NCBI GenBank assembly: GCA_964487115.1
Contig: CAZAPD010000071.1
Location: 1-63,100 of the forward strand
Direction of reading: 5' to 3'
Source of the DNA: an uncultured Thermococci archaeon
GTDB taxonomy: Archaea; Methanobacteriota_B; Thermococci; Thermococcales; Thermococcaceae
Length of the DNA stretch: 63,100 bases
This document shows, piece by piece, positions 21,620 through 31,067 of the stretch (the first letter of the stretch is position 1; each line of letters starts with the position of its first letter). The notes below the pieces were generated by a model. That model was not told the origin of the DNA, did no database searches, and saw nothing but the letters and a program-made list of their open reading frames with translations. Position numbers and translations under genes: made by a program.

Positions 21620-22111
21620 ATGCCACAAGTCGTCGAGGTATTGGTTGAAGGCGGTAAAGCTACTCCGGGTCCTCCACTTGGACCTGCCATCGGTCCCTTA
21701 GGATTGAACGTTAAGCTGGTTGTTGATAAGATCAACGAGGCTACAAAGGACTTTGCAGGGATGCAGGTTCCGGTTAAGATCATAGTTACCGACCCAAAGA
21801 AGAAAGAGTTTGAAATTGAAGTTGGTGTGCCACCGGTTAGCCAGCTCATCAAGAAAGAACTTGGCTTAGGTAAGGGTTCAGATGCTCCCAAGAACAACAT
21901 CGTTGGAAACCTTACGATGGAGCAGGTCATAAGGATAGCTAAGGCTAAACAGGATCAAATGCTGGCAGCTGATTTAAAAGCGGCAGCTAAGGAAGTCATT
22001 GGAACAGCACTCAGCATGGGGGTTACAGTTGAAGGCAAGGATCCGAGAGAGGTTCAAAAAGAGATTGATGAAGGCGTTTATGACGAAATTTTTGCCAGCG
22101 CTGAGGAGTGA
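21620..22111 (+). CDS. rpl11: 50S ribosomal protein L11
   Basis: [18 protein letters not shown] motif. Confidence 0.97.
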   Translation: MPQVVEVLVEGGKATPGPPLGPAIGPLGLNVKLVVDKINEATKDFAGMQVPVKIIVTDPKKKEFEIEVGVPPVSQLIKKELGLGKGSDAPKNNIVGNLTMEQVIRIAKAKQDQMLAADLKAAAKEVIGTALSMGVTVEGKDPREVQKEIDEGVYDEIFASAEE

Positions 22112-22194
22112 GGGAAAAGTTTAAAAGTTCCTCTTTTTACGCATTTTTGACTTTTTCCTTAGGGCTTAAATCAAAAAAGAAAGGGGGGCTGTAA

Positions 22195-22845
22195 ATGGCC
22201 TTTGACAAGCAAAAACTCGTGGAAGCGGTGAAGGAGGCTAAAGCCCGGGCTAAGCCGCGCAACTTCACACAGACCGTCGAAGTGGCAGTCAACCTCAAGG
22301 ATATTGATTTGAAAAAACCCGAGAACAGGTTTAAGCTTGAGGTTATACTGCCACACGGTAGGGGTAAGGAACCTAAGATCGCGGTCATAGCTGATGGTGC
22401 GGTCGCTGAGGCGGCCAAAAAGCTCGGGCTGGATGTTATTAGTGGAGAGGAATTAGAGGAATTAGGGAAGAATCCGAGGCAGGCCAGAAAACTCGCAAAA
22501 GGTTATGACCTGTTCATAGCTGCAGCACCATTGATGCCAAAAATCGGTAGGTACCTCGGTAGGTATCTTGGTCCAAGGAACAAAATGCCGCAGGTAGTGC
22601 CACCAACAATGACAAACTTAGAACCAATAGTAGGGAGACTTAGGAGGACAGTTAGAATTCAGCTTAAGAACAACCCAGTTGTTCATGCACCAGTTGGCAC
22701 TGAAAAGATGGAGGATGAGAAGATTGCAGAGAACATTGAAGCTGTTCTGAATGCCATCATAGGAAAACTTGAGAGAGGAGAGAACCAAGTCAAGTCAGTG
22801 TACGTCAAGACAACAATGGGACCCGCTGTAAAGGTGGAGAGGTGA
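22195..22845 (+). CDS. rpl1: 50S ribosomal protein L1
   Basis: [16 protein letters not shown] and KTTMGP motifs. Confidence 0.97.
   Translation: MAFDKQKLVEAVKEAKARAKPRNFTQTVEVAVNLKDIDLKKPENRFKLEVILPHGRGKEPKIAVIADGAVAEAAKKLGLDVISGEELEELGKNPRQARKLAKGYDLFIAAAPLMPKIGRYLGRYLGPRNKMPQVVPPTMTNLEPIVGRLRRTVRIQLKNNPVVHAPVGTEKMEDEKIAENIEAVLNAIIGKLERGENQVKSVYVKTTMGPAVKVER
22228..22268 (+). promoter_or_regulatory. L1 autoregulatory mRNA binding site within the rpl1 coding region
   Basis: GTGAAG-GAGGCT...AGCC-GCGCAA-CTTCAC stem/internal loop about 30 nt after the start, as in methanococcal L1 operators. Confidence 0.75.
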
Positions 22846-22850
22846 TTTGA

Positions 22851-23870
22851 ATGGCTCATGTTGCTGAATGGAAGAAGAAAGAAGTTGAAGAGCTTGCAAA
22901 GATTCTCAAGAGTTATCCAGTAATAGCCCTCGTTGATGTTGCTAATGTGCCGGCTTATCCTCTATCAAAGATGCGTGAAAAGCTCCGCGGAAAAGCCCTT
23001 CTCAGAGTCTCAAGGAACACCCTCATTGAACTGGCCATCAGGAAAGCGGCACAAGAGCTCGGAAAGCCAGAGCTTGAGAAGCTCATCGAGTACATTCAAG
23101 GCGGGGCCGGAATCTTAGCAACAGAAATGAATCCATTCAAGCTCTACAAGCTCCTTGAGGAAAGTAAAACGCCTGCTCCAGCCAAACCGGGTGTTCCAGT
23201 TCCGAGAGATGTTATTATACCAGCCGGCCCGACTTCAATTGCACCAGGTCCTCTCGTAGGTGAGATGCAAGCTCTCGGAATACCAGCGAGAATTGAAAAG
23301 GGTAAAGTCTCAATCCAGAAAGATTATCAGGTTTTGAAGGCAGGTGAGGTTATAACACCCCAACTCGCGAGAATCCTCAATGCCCTTGGGGTCGAGCCTC
23401 TTGAAGTTGGTCTCAACTTGCTGGCAGCTTACGAGGATGGGCTCGTATACACACCGGAAGTTCTGGCAATAGATGAGGGCACATACTTAGAAATGCTCCA
23501 AAAGGCTTATATGCAGGCATTCAACCTGTCAGTTAATATTGCCTATCCAACCAGCCAGACTATTGAAGCAATCATCCAGAAAGCATATCTTGGAGCAAAG
23601 AATGTTGCGGTTGAAGCTGGCTACATCACCAAGGACACTGTGGAAGACATCTTTGGCAGAGCTTTCAGAGTTGTCTTGCTCATAGCACAGAACTTGCCTG
23701 AGGAACTGCTCGATGAAAAGACCAAAGAGCTTTTAAACCAACAGGCACAAATAGCCGTTGCCGCTCAGCCTCCACAGGAGGAAAAGGTTGAAGAGGCTGA
23801 GGAGGAAGAAGAGGAGGAAGAGGCAAGCGAAGAGGAAGCCCTCGCAGGACTGGGGGCATTGTTTGGATAA
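22851..23870 (+). CDS. rpl10: 50S ribosomal protein L10 (P0)
   Basis: [12 protein letters not shown] start, PAGPT and an acidic tail ending GLGALFG. Confidence 0.97.
   Translation: MAHVAEWKKKEVEELAKILKSYPVIALVDVANVPAYPLSKMREKLRGKALLRVSRNTLIELAIRKAAQELGKPELEKLIEYIQGGAGILATEMNPFKLYKLLEESKTPAPAKPGVPVPRDVIIPAGPTSIAPGPLVGEMQALGIPARIEKGKVSIQKDYQVLKAGEVITPQLARILNALGVEPLEVGLNLLAAYEDGLVYTPEVLAIDEGTYLEMLQKAYMQAFNLSVNIAYPTSQTIEAIIQKAYLGAKNVAVEAGYITKDTVEDIFGRAFRVVLLIAQNLPEELLDEKTKELLNQQAQIAVAAQPPQEEKVEEAEEEEEEEEASEEEALAGLGALFG
23799..23851 (+). repeat. 53-nt perfect repeat, copy 1 (rpl10 tail)
   Basis: Identical to 24178-24230 by direct comparison. Confidence 0.9.
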
Positions 23871-23934
23871 ACCTTTCAATTTCCTGCGTATCGAAAAATA
23901 AGTAAAAAATAAAGATAATTTGGAGGTGCGAAAG

Positions 23935-24249
23935 ATGGAGTACGTGTATGCTGCTTTGTTATTACACGCCGCTGGAAAGGAGATAACTGAGGAGAACCTC
24001 AAAGCAATCCTTGAGGCTGCTGGAGTTAGTCCGGATGAAGCAAGGATAAAAGCTCTCGTTGCCGCCCTTGAGGGAGTTAACATCGATGAAGTCATTGAGA
24101 AGGCTGCAATGCCGGTTGCTGCCCCTGTTGCTGTTGCAGCTACTCCTGAAGCAACCGAAGAAGCTCCAGCCGAGGAAGAGGAGGAAGAAGAGGAGGAAGA
24201 GGCAAGCGAAGAGGAAGCCCTCGCAGGACTTGGAGCTCTCTTCGGTTGA
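23935..24249 (+). CDS. rpl12: 50S ribosomal protein L12 (P1)
   Basis: [11 protein letters not shown] start and acidic tail ending GLGALFG. Confidence 0.97.
   Translation: MEYVYAALLLHAAGKEITEENLKAILEAAGVSPDEARIKALVAALEGVNIDEVIEKAAMPVAAPVAVAATPEATEEAPAEEEEEEEEEEASEEEALAGLGALFG
24178..24230 (+). repeat. 53-nt perfect repeat, copy 2 (rpl12 tail)
   Basis: Identical to 23799-23851. Confidence 0.9.
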
Positions 24250-24331
24250 ATCCTTTCTTCGTCCGCCCTCTGGGCGGCCTTTACATACCTTTTACAGTTC
24301 TCTATCACATCTTCAAAGGGTTAAAACAAAA

Positions 24332-24802
24332 TTAATCACCTCTACGCTTTGAAAATACAAGATGCTGACTTCCCTGATAATTTCCCCTGTAGGGATTCTG
24401 GGCTGGTTCTTCTAAACGAATGAACGCTATCTGGACGAATCTCTCTCCATATGCGAGCTCTATTTCATTATCAGAGCTGTTAAAGACTACAAGGGTCAGA
24501 TTTCCATCCCACCCCGGATCAACCCATGCAAAAGAGCCGAGAAGTCCTTCCCTTGCAAGGGAGCTCCTGAGCTTCATATCTCCCATAACATCATCAGGAA
24601 GCTTAATCCTCTCAAGGGTTAGGATGAGGGCATGGGTCTTAGGGGGAATACATACCTTGCCTTCCTTCTCAACATTTACAAATCTGCCGTCGATCGTTGC
24701 TTCCTTACCAACTCGAAGATCATAACCTGCAGGTTGGAGAGATTTCTCATTGAATGGATCGATTAAAATTTCTTCTCTGATTTTCTTGTCTGGCAACATC
24801 AT
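24332..24802 (-). CDS. dcd: dCTP deaminase / dUTPase family protein
   Basis: LQPAGYDLR, RSSLAREG, VDPGWDG and YRGNYQ motifs. Confidence 0.9.
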   Translation of the reverse strand: MMLPDKKIREEILIDPFNEKSLQPAGYDLRVGKEATIDGRFVNVEKEGKVCIPPKTHALILTLERIKLPDDVMGDMKLRSSLAREGLLGSFAWVDPGWDGNLTLVVFNSSDNEIELAYGERFVQIAFIRLEEPAQNPYRGNYQGSQHLVFSKRRGD

Positions 24803-24849
24803 AAAAACCACCGCAAGGTTTATTTTACCATCCCTTAAAACTCTTTTGA

Positions 24850-24925
<76 letters not shown>

Positions 24926-25383
24926 TCCCTCGACAATTGGGAACGAATTTTGTCCAAATAACTTCTTATCATCCTTCTAATCTTTTCGCACTGAAACAGC
25001 AATGGCTCAGTTAAACACTGATTATCGTTATATGCCAAGCATCATCTCACATTACTTTTTCGGACGTGGATAATATGTCCTAAAATTGGAACTCTTTTGA
25101 TGTCCGTAAGTACCCATAAGCTTCCTAAAAGCTCCTTGTCATTTCACTTTATAACAGGGTTATTTTCCTTAAAAAGGTTTTAACAAACTGTTTACATCTC
25201 TCCGGCATCTCTGAACCCGTGCTTCAACCATCTATGTCCCTATCTGGGGTAGCCCTCCTATTCATTAGCCAGCTTTATATGTAACTTTGAAAAAGCTCAG
25301 AAGCGGTGAATTTTTCTGGTTTTTACACCTCTATATTTTCCACTCTCCAGAGGCAAAAAAATCCTGTAAAATGCCGCCGTTTA

Positions 25384-25400
25384 CCAAAAAGCTTATATAT
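25384..25400 (+). promoter_or_regulatory. BRE/TATA promoter of the histone gene
   Basis: CCAAAAAGC-TTATATAT about 50 nt upstream of the ATG. Confidence 0.65.
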
Positions 25401-25449
25401 CTCGAATGCCCTAAATAAGACTGAAAAGCTTTGTATGGAGGTGTTGTGA

Positions 25450-25653
25450 ATGGCTGAGTTGCCAATTGCTCCAATTGACAGGCTGATTAGGAAGGCCGGT
25501 GCTGAGAGGGTTAGTGAGGAAGCGGCCAAGGTTCTCGCCGAGTACCTCGAAGAGTATGCAATCGAACTTGCTAAGAAGTCAACCGAATACGCCAGACACG
25601 CCGGCAGAAAGACAGTCAAGGCCGAGGATATCAAGCTCGCTATTAAAGCCTGA
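25450..25653 (+). CDS. Archaeal histone (HMf family)
   Basis: [22 protein letters not shown]...[12 protein letters not shown]. Confidence 0.98.
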   Translation: MAELPIAPIDRLIRKAGAERVSEEAAKVLAEYLEEYAIELAKKSTEYARHAGRKTVKAEDIKLAIKA

Positions 25654-25731
25654 AGAATTGAATCTCTCTTTGGTCTTTAGTTTTTTGTTCGATATCCAAA
25701 ATGATTTAAAATCTTTTTCTGACGTTGTAAC

Positions 25732-27015
25732 ATGCACGAGATAGCCATTCGGATAACCAAACGAAATCACAATGCGTTCGTGCACCTTTTGGGAGCTCTG
25801 GAGAGCCAAGGTTTTGACCTGAGTGATCTTCTGATAACAAAGGACCTCAAAGAAATTCTTAAAGTGAAGCCTAAAGCTGTCCTATACTCTTTCTTCACAG
25901 AGGAGATATGGGAAGTTGAAAAGGAAATCAGATTTCTTAAAATGAGCTTTGCACCTCTTCTGATAGCTGGTGGATACCATACAACTGCTATGCCCCGGCA
26001 TACCCTCAATGTCCTCGGTTTTGATATCGCTGTCATTGGTGAGGGAGAGGCGGTTATATATCATCTCCTGCAGGCGTTGAGAGGAAACAACTTCAAAGTT
26101 AATAAAGGTCTTTTAAAAATCCGTGGGCTGGCCTTTTATCTTGGGAAAAAACTTACCTTCACAGGTTTTGCTCGAACTGAGGATTTTTGGCGCTTTCCAC
26201 CTTATCCCGATGGATTAAGATTAATAGCTCCAATGGAGATAAGCAGAGGTTGTCCATTTGGCTGTTATTACTGCCAGACTCCCTATCTCAAGGGATTTAG
26301 GATGAGACACAGACCAATCGATCAGATTGTGAGGTATTCCCGCAGAATGCGGGACATGCGCTACATAACCCCAAATGCTTTTGCGTATGGCTCCCCCGGT
26401 GCCGTTCTAAAGCTCAACAAACTTGAGGCTCTCCTTAAAGCTCTCCAACCTCTTAGAAAAGAGGGACGAAGGCTTTTTTACGGTACTTTTCCCAGTGAAG
26501 TAAGGCCGGAATTTGTGGTTCCAGAGACGTTGGAGTTATTAATCCAGTATGCTGACAATAGGAGGCTGGCCATAGGTGCTCAGAGCGGCGATGATGCAAT
26601 GCTAAAAGCCATGCACAGGGCTCACAGATTAGAACATGTTCAGAGAGCCGTTGAATACATGCTCGAATATGGAATAGAACCTGTTGTGGATTTCATCGTG
26701 GGGTTACCCGGTGAAAACGAAGAAAGTCAAAAGAAAAGCATTGATCTTATGAAATGGATTATGAGGAAAGGAGGAAAAGTGAGGGCACACTACTTCATGC
26801 CATTGCCTGGGACACCATGGGCTCGCTGCAAACCAAGTCAATTGAGCAGAGAAATGGAGAAGTTTTTAGGAAGAATGGCAGCAAAGGGAAAGATAGAGGG
26901 CTCATGGGGAAATCAGATACTTCTCTCAAAAAAGCTCCAGAAACTGATTGAAGAGTTCTATGAAGAACCTATGAGTTATGATGGCAGGATTAGGGAGGCA
27001 TGCAAAACTTTATAA
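25732..27015 (+). CDS. B12-binding domain / radical SAM protein (TIGR04013-like)
   Basis: IAGGYH and IGEGE in the cobalamin-binding region, SRGCPFGCYYC, GTFPSEVRP. Confidence 0.85.
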   Translation: MHEIAIRITKRNHNAFVHLLGALESQGFDLSDLLITKDLKEILKVKPKAVLYSFFTEEIWEVEKEIRFLKMSFAPLLIAGGYHTTAMPRHTLNVLGFDIAVIGEGEAVIYHLLQALRGNNFKVNKGLLKIRGLAFYLGKKLTFTGFARTEDFWRFPPYPDGLRLIAPMEISRGCPFGCYYCQTPYLKGFRMRHRPIDQIVRYSRRMRDMRYITPNAFAYGSPGAVLKLNKLEALLKALQPLRKEGRRLFYGTFPSEVRPEFVVPETLELLIQYADNRRLAIGAQSGDDAMLKAMHRAHRLEHVQRAVEYMLEYGIEPVVDFIVGLPGENEESQKKSIDLMKWIMRKGGKVRAHYFMPLPGTPWARCKPSQLSREMEKFLGRMAAKGKIEGSWGNQILLSKKLQKLIEEFYEEPMSYDGRIREACKTL

Positions 27016-27046
27016 CTGCTCTCTGATTTAATCGGCATGACGGCAA

Positions 27047-27418
27047 ATGTATGCCGAAAACTATAAAAGATTTGAACTACTCATAGACAAATTGCGAGAG
27101 TTTGATGGTATTATCATTGTGGAAGGTGCGCGAGACGAGGTGGCTTTAAGAAATTTGGGGGTCAGGGCGGAGATAATAAGGCTATCCCGCTTACCTTTGG
27201 CTGAAATCGCTTTCATTGCCTCTCAGCATCATGATGTCATGATATTAACTGATCTGGACAGGGAAGGAGAAGAGTTAGCAAAAAAATTAACTATGTATTT
27301 GGAAGGTTATAAATGCAGGGTTGATACAGAGACGAGAAGAGAACTCAGAAGAATCGCCAAAAAGGACATTAAAGGTATTGAAGAACTATATGGACTTTAT
27401 TTAAAACTCCGTTTCTGA
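27047..27418 (+). CDS. Small toprim-domain protein
   Basis: IIVEG..D and ILTDLDREG toprim motifs. Confidence 0.88.
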   Translation: MYAENYKRFELLIDKLREFDGIIIVEGARDEVALRNLGVRAEIIRLSRLPLAEIAFIASQHHDVMILTDLDREGEELAKKLTMYLEGYKCRVDTETRRELRRIAKKDIKGIEELYGLYLKLRF

Positions 27419-27442
27419 CCCCCTTAAGAGGAGGGGATTTCC

Positions 27443-28798
27443 TTGAAGAGGAAAAAGACAGTGCTACATCATATACTGTCTGAAAAGCAGAAATTTGAAA
27501 AAAAGAAAGAGGGTGATGGCATGTCTGCAAAGGACGATTTTGGAACAACAAAGTATGTAATTTATGCAGAATTTGAAGCCAGTGGAATAGTCGAAAGACC
27601 CGATGTGGTTGGTGCTATTTTCGGTCAAACTGAAGGTTTACTCGGGGACGATTTGGATTTAAGAGAGCTTCAAAAAACGGGGAGAATTGGAAGAATAAAG
27701 GTAGATGTTCACACAAAAGCTGGAAAAACTTACGGGACAATAACAGTTCCTTCAAGCCTTGATAGAGTGGAAACAGCTATCTTGGCAGCAGCTCTGGAGA
27801 CGATAGATAGAGTTGGGCCAGCTGAAGCGAAGATAAAAGTTCTCAAGATCGAGGATGTAAGGGCAACAAAGAGAAAGTACATAATTGAGAGAGCGAAGGA
27901 AATACTCGAAACACTTATGGAGGAGGAGATACCTGAAACCCAAGAACTCACGGATGAAGTTAAAAAAGCGGTCCGTGCTAAGGAGCTCATTGAATATGGA
28001 CCTGAGAAGTTACCAGCAGGACCTCACGTGCCATTTTCAGATTCAATCATCGTAGTTGAGGGTAGAGCCGATGTTCTTAACCTGCTTAAGCACGGCATAA
28101 AAAATGCCATAGCTGTTGAGGGAACTTCAGTTCCTGAGACCATAATCAAGCTTAGCAAGGAGAGAATAGTCACTGCATTTACCGATGGCGATAGGGGAGG
28201 AGAACTTATCCTCAAGGAACTTTTGCAGGTTGCTGACGTTGACTATGTTGCGAGAGCCCCTGAGGGGAAAGAAGTTGAAGAGCTCACGAAGAAAGAGATA
28301 GTAAAATCTCTGAGAAGCAAAGTTCCGGCAGAACAGGTCATAAATGAAATATTCTACAAGGGTCGGAACTTCTATCAAGTGATAAAGGAAAAAGAAAGCG
28401 TTAAACATGAAAAACCTGAACCAGTTCAAAAGATTGAAGTGAAATCAGCTGAAAGGCCTTCCATTAAGGAAAGAGAAGAAAAAATCATAAAACCAATTCA
28501 GGCTCCAAAACCGTCAGCACTTGATGAATTCAAAGATTTTGTTGAAAAGGTTAAAAGTAACTCAAATGCTATACTCTTAGATGAAAATAAGAATATAATA
28601 GCTGAAATTCCGGTCAGAGACCTGCTCAGCTCACTCAGCGATAGAGAGGGCATATATGCGATAATATTCAATGGGATAATAACCCAGCGGTTAATTGATA
28701 TAGTCAGTGAGAGGGGAGTTAAATACCTCATTGGAGCAAGAAAGGCAAACGTTGTCAGAAGACCTGTTGAGCTGAAGATAATAACCTTTGCGGAGTGA
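27443..28798 (+). CDS. dnaG: Archaeal DnaG (primase-like, exosome-associated)
   Basis: VVGAIFGQTEGLLG, VVEGRADV and FTDGDRGG motifs. Confidence 0.95.
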   Translation: MKRKKTVLHHILSEKQKFEKKKEGDGMSAKDDFGTTKYVIYAEFEASGIVERPDVVGAIFGQTEGLLGDDLDLRELQKTGRIGRIKVDVHTKAGKTYGTITVPSSLDRVETAILAAALETIDRVGPAEAKIKVLKIEDVRATKRKYIIERAKEILETLMEEEIPETQELTDEVKKAVRAKELIEYGPEKLPAGPHVPFSDSIIVVEGRADVLNLLKHGIKNAIAVEGTSVPETIIKLSKERIVTAFTDGDRGGELILKELLQVADVDYVARAPEGKEVEELTKKEIVKSLRSKVPAEQVINEIFYKGRNFYQVIKEKESVKHEKPEPVQKIEVKSAERPSIKEREEKIIKPIQAPKPSALDEFKDFVEKVKSNSNAILLDENKNIIAEIPVRDLLSSLSDREGIYAIIFNGIITQRLIDIVSERGVKYLIGARKANVVRRPVELKIITFAE

Positions 28799-28867
28799 CT
28801 CTTTCCTTTTCCTGCTTCAGGGACTAAGTTTATAACCCATTCCTCATTTTTTTCCTTGGTGGGGAAA

Positions 28868-30589
28868 ATGCATGTCGAAGAAATCATTTTGAAGTATGCT
28901 CTCATCAATGCTATCAAACATGGGGGAAAGGCAAATCCAAAGGCAGTTATAGGAAAAGTCCTGGGAGAAAATCCCAAGCTCAGACCAAGGGCTAAGGAAA
29001 TAATACCTCTTGTGAACGAAATCGTTGAAAATGTGAATGTCATGACTCCTGAGGAGCAGGAGAGAAAGCTAAAGGAGATATATCCTGAATTTTTTGAGGT
29101 TAAAAAGGAGAAAAAAGAAGAAAAGAAGGGTCTTCCTCCACTTCCAAAGGCAGAGAAGGGAAAAGTTGTTACACGCTTTGCTCCAAACCCGGATGGTGCT
29201 TTCCATCTTGGTAATGCAAGGGCTGCAATATTGAGCCATGAATACGCCCGTATGTATGAGGGAAAATTCATTCTCAGATTTGATGATACTGACCCGAAAG
29301 TTAAAAGACCAGAGCCAATTTTCTATGAGTGGATAATAGAGGATCTAAAATGGCTCGGCTTTCAGATTGATGAGATACATTGTGCAAGTGACAGACTTGA
29401 GATTTACTACAGATATGCAGAGGAGCTTCTGAAAATGGGGAAGGCATATGTATGCACATGCAAACCGGAGGAATTTAGAAAGCTCAGAGACGAAGGGAAA
29501 CCCTGTCCTCACAGGGAGCTACCGCCAGAAGTTCAGCTTAAAGAATGGAAGAAGATGCTTGGAGGGGAATATAAAGAGGGTGAAGCGGTTGTTAGAATAA
29601 AAACAGATCTCACTCATCCGAATCCTGCTGTGAGAGAATGGCCTGCATTGAGGATAATAGACGATCCAAACCATCCAAGGACAGGTAACAAGTATCGTGT
29701 ATGGCCTCTCTACAATTTTGCCTCTGCCATAGATGACCATGAGCTCGGCGTCACTCATATATTCCGCGGACAAGAGCATGCTGAAAATGAGACAAGACAG
29801 CGGTATGTCTATGACTACTTCGGCTGGGAGTACCCAGCGACTGTGCACCATGGGAGGCTCAGCATCGAAGGAGTTATACTCAGCAAATCAAAGACACGGA
29901 GAGGTATAGAAGAGGGGAGATACGTTGGATGGGACGATCCAAGATTAGGAACGATCAGAGCTCTCAGGAGAAGAGGAATAAAGCCAGAGGCCATAAAGGA
30001 AGTAATAATTGAAGTTGGCCTCAAGAGAAGTGATACAACAATAAGCTGGGATAACTTGGCTGCTATAAACAGAAAGATTGTTGATCCAATAGCTAACAGA
30101 TATTTCTTCGTTGCCGACCCTATCCCAATGTATGTAGAGGGATATGATAAGGAATTTGTGGCACAAATACCACTTCATCCTGATCATCCAGAAAGGGGCT
30201 ATAGACGGCTTAAATTCACTCCCGGAAAGCCAGTTTATGTAGCAAAGGATGATTTGGGACTACTTAAAAGGAGTGAATACATAAGGCTTAAGGACCTCTT
30301 CAATGTTAAGATCCTTGAGGTGAATGATAGGGGAATTAGGGCGGAATTTGATAGTGTTGAATATGAAAAAGCAAAGGAACATAGATGGCATATGATACAT
30401 TGGGTACCAGAAGGAAGACCCTGTGAAGTCTTGATTCCGGAAGGGGATGACATTATAACCAGAGAGGGATTTCTTGAGAAGCATGCGAAAGTTGAGGTTG
30501 ATGAAGTTGTCCAGTTCGAACGTTTTGGCTTTGTGAGGATTGATGAAATCAGGAAGGATAAAGTTGTGGCGATTTTTGCCCACAAGTGA
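28868..30589 (+). CDS. gltX: Glutamyl-tRNA synthetase
   Basis: TRFAPNPDG, HLGN (HIGH) and LSKS (KMSKS) motifs, VQFERFGF. Confidence 0.97.
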   Translation: MHVEEIILKYALINAIKHGGKANPKAVIGKVLGENPKLRPRAKEIIPLVNEIVENVNVMTPEEQERKLKEIYPEFFEVKKEKKEEKKGLPPLPKAEKGKVVTRFAPNPDGAFHLGNARAAILSHEYARMYEGKFILRFDDTDPKVKRPEPIFYEWIIEDLKWLGFQIDEIHCASDRLEIYYRYAEELLKMGKAYVCTCKPEEFRKLRDEGKPCPHRELPPEVQLKEWKKMLGGEYKEGEAVVRIKTDLTHPNPAVREWPALRIIDDPNHPRTGNKYRVWPLYNFASAIDDHELGVTHIFRGQEHAENETRQRYVYDYFGWEYPATVHHGRLSIEGVILSKSKTRRGIEEGRYVGWDDPRLGTIRALRRRGIKPEAIKEVIIEVGLKRSDTTISWDNLAAINRKIVDPIANRYFFVADPIPMYVEGYDKEFVAQIPLHPDHPERGYRRLKFTPGKPVYVAKDDLGLLKRSEYIRLKDLFNVKILEVNDRGIRAEFDSVEYEKAKEHRWHMIHWVPEGRPCEVLIPEGDDIITREGFLEKHAKVEVDEVVQFERFGFVRIDEIRKDKVVAIFAHK

Positions 30590-30723
30590 TCTGTTATTCT
30601 CTTCACTTCCATTTTATGAGGTTGTTTGTAATGAGATATTAATTGTCAGGATTTACTTGATTAAATTAATGTTCTCCAGAAAAATTTAAATATATTTTAA
30701 TCTTAATAAGTATGGTGATACTC

Positions 30724-31035
30724 ATGGATGTCCTTCTGGAGACTTATTGTCCGCACTGTGAAAGTAATACCTTACACCACATATACATAAATGAATATGG
30801 CTATTTGGTATGTCTATGTACAAAATGTGGCAATATAAGAGAAGGAAAAACAGTCAAAAAATTAGTTCGTATAGTAACTCAAAAGGAGGATAAAAAAATA
30901 GTAGCCAAAATTAATTATATCGATTCAAGTAATTACATGAATTGGTTCAACTGTGTAACCGGGAAGAATATTGAAGGAAAGAAAGTTAATCCAGAGGATT
31001 ATTCTGAATTTAAAGGTGATATCATTGTAATGTAA
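30724..31035 (+). CDS. AT-rich hypothetical protein with an N-terminal zinc ribbon
   Basis: CPHC...CTKC, RBS GGTGAT and an upstream TATA-like sequence. Confidence 0.65.
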   Translation: MDVLLETYCPHCESNTLHHIYINEYGYLVCLCTKCGNIREGKTVKKLVRIVTQKEDKKIVAKINYIDSSNYMNWFNCVTGKNIEGKKVNPEDYSEFKGDIIVM

Positions 31036-31067
31036 ATTAAGGGGGAGAAAATTTAAAGAGAAAAAAA

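Noticed and set aside
24926..25380. Long intergenic region after tRNA-Arg as an integrated element or sRNA
   Set aside because: No integrase, no tRNA 3' repeat and only a partial C/D pattern.
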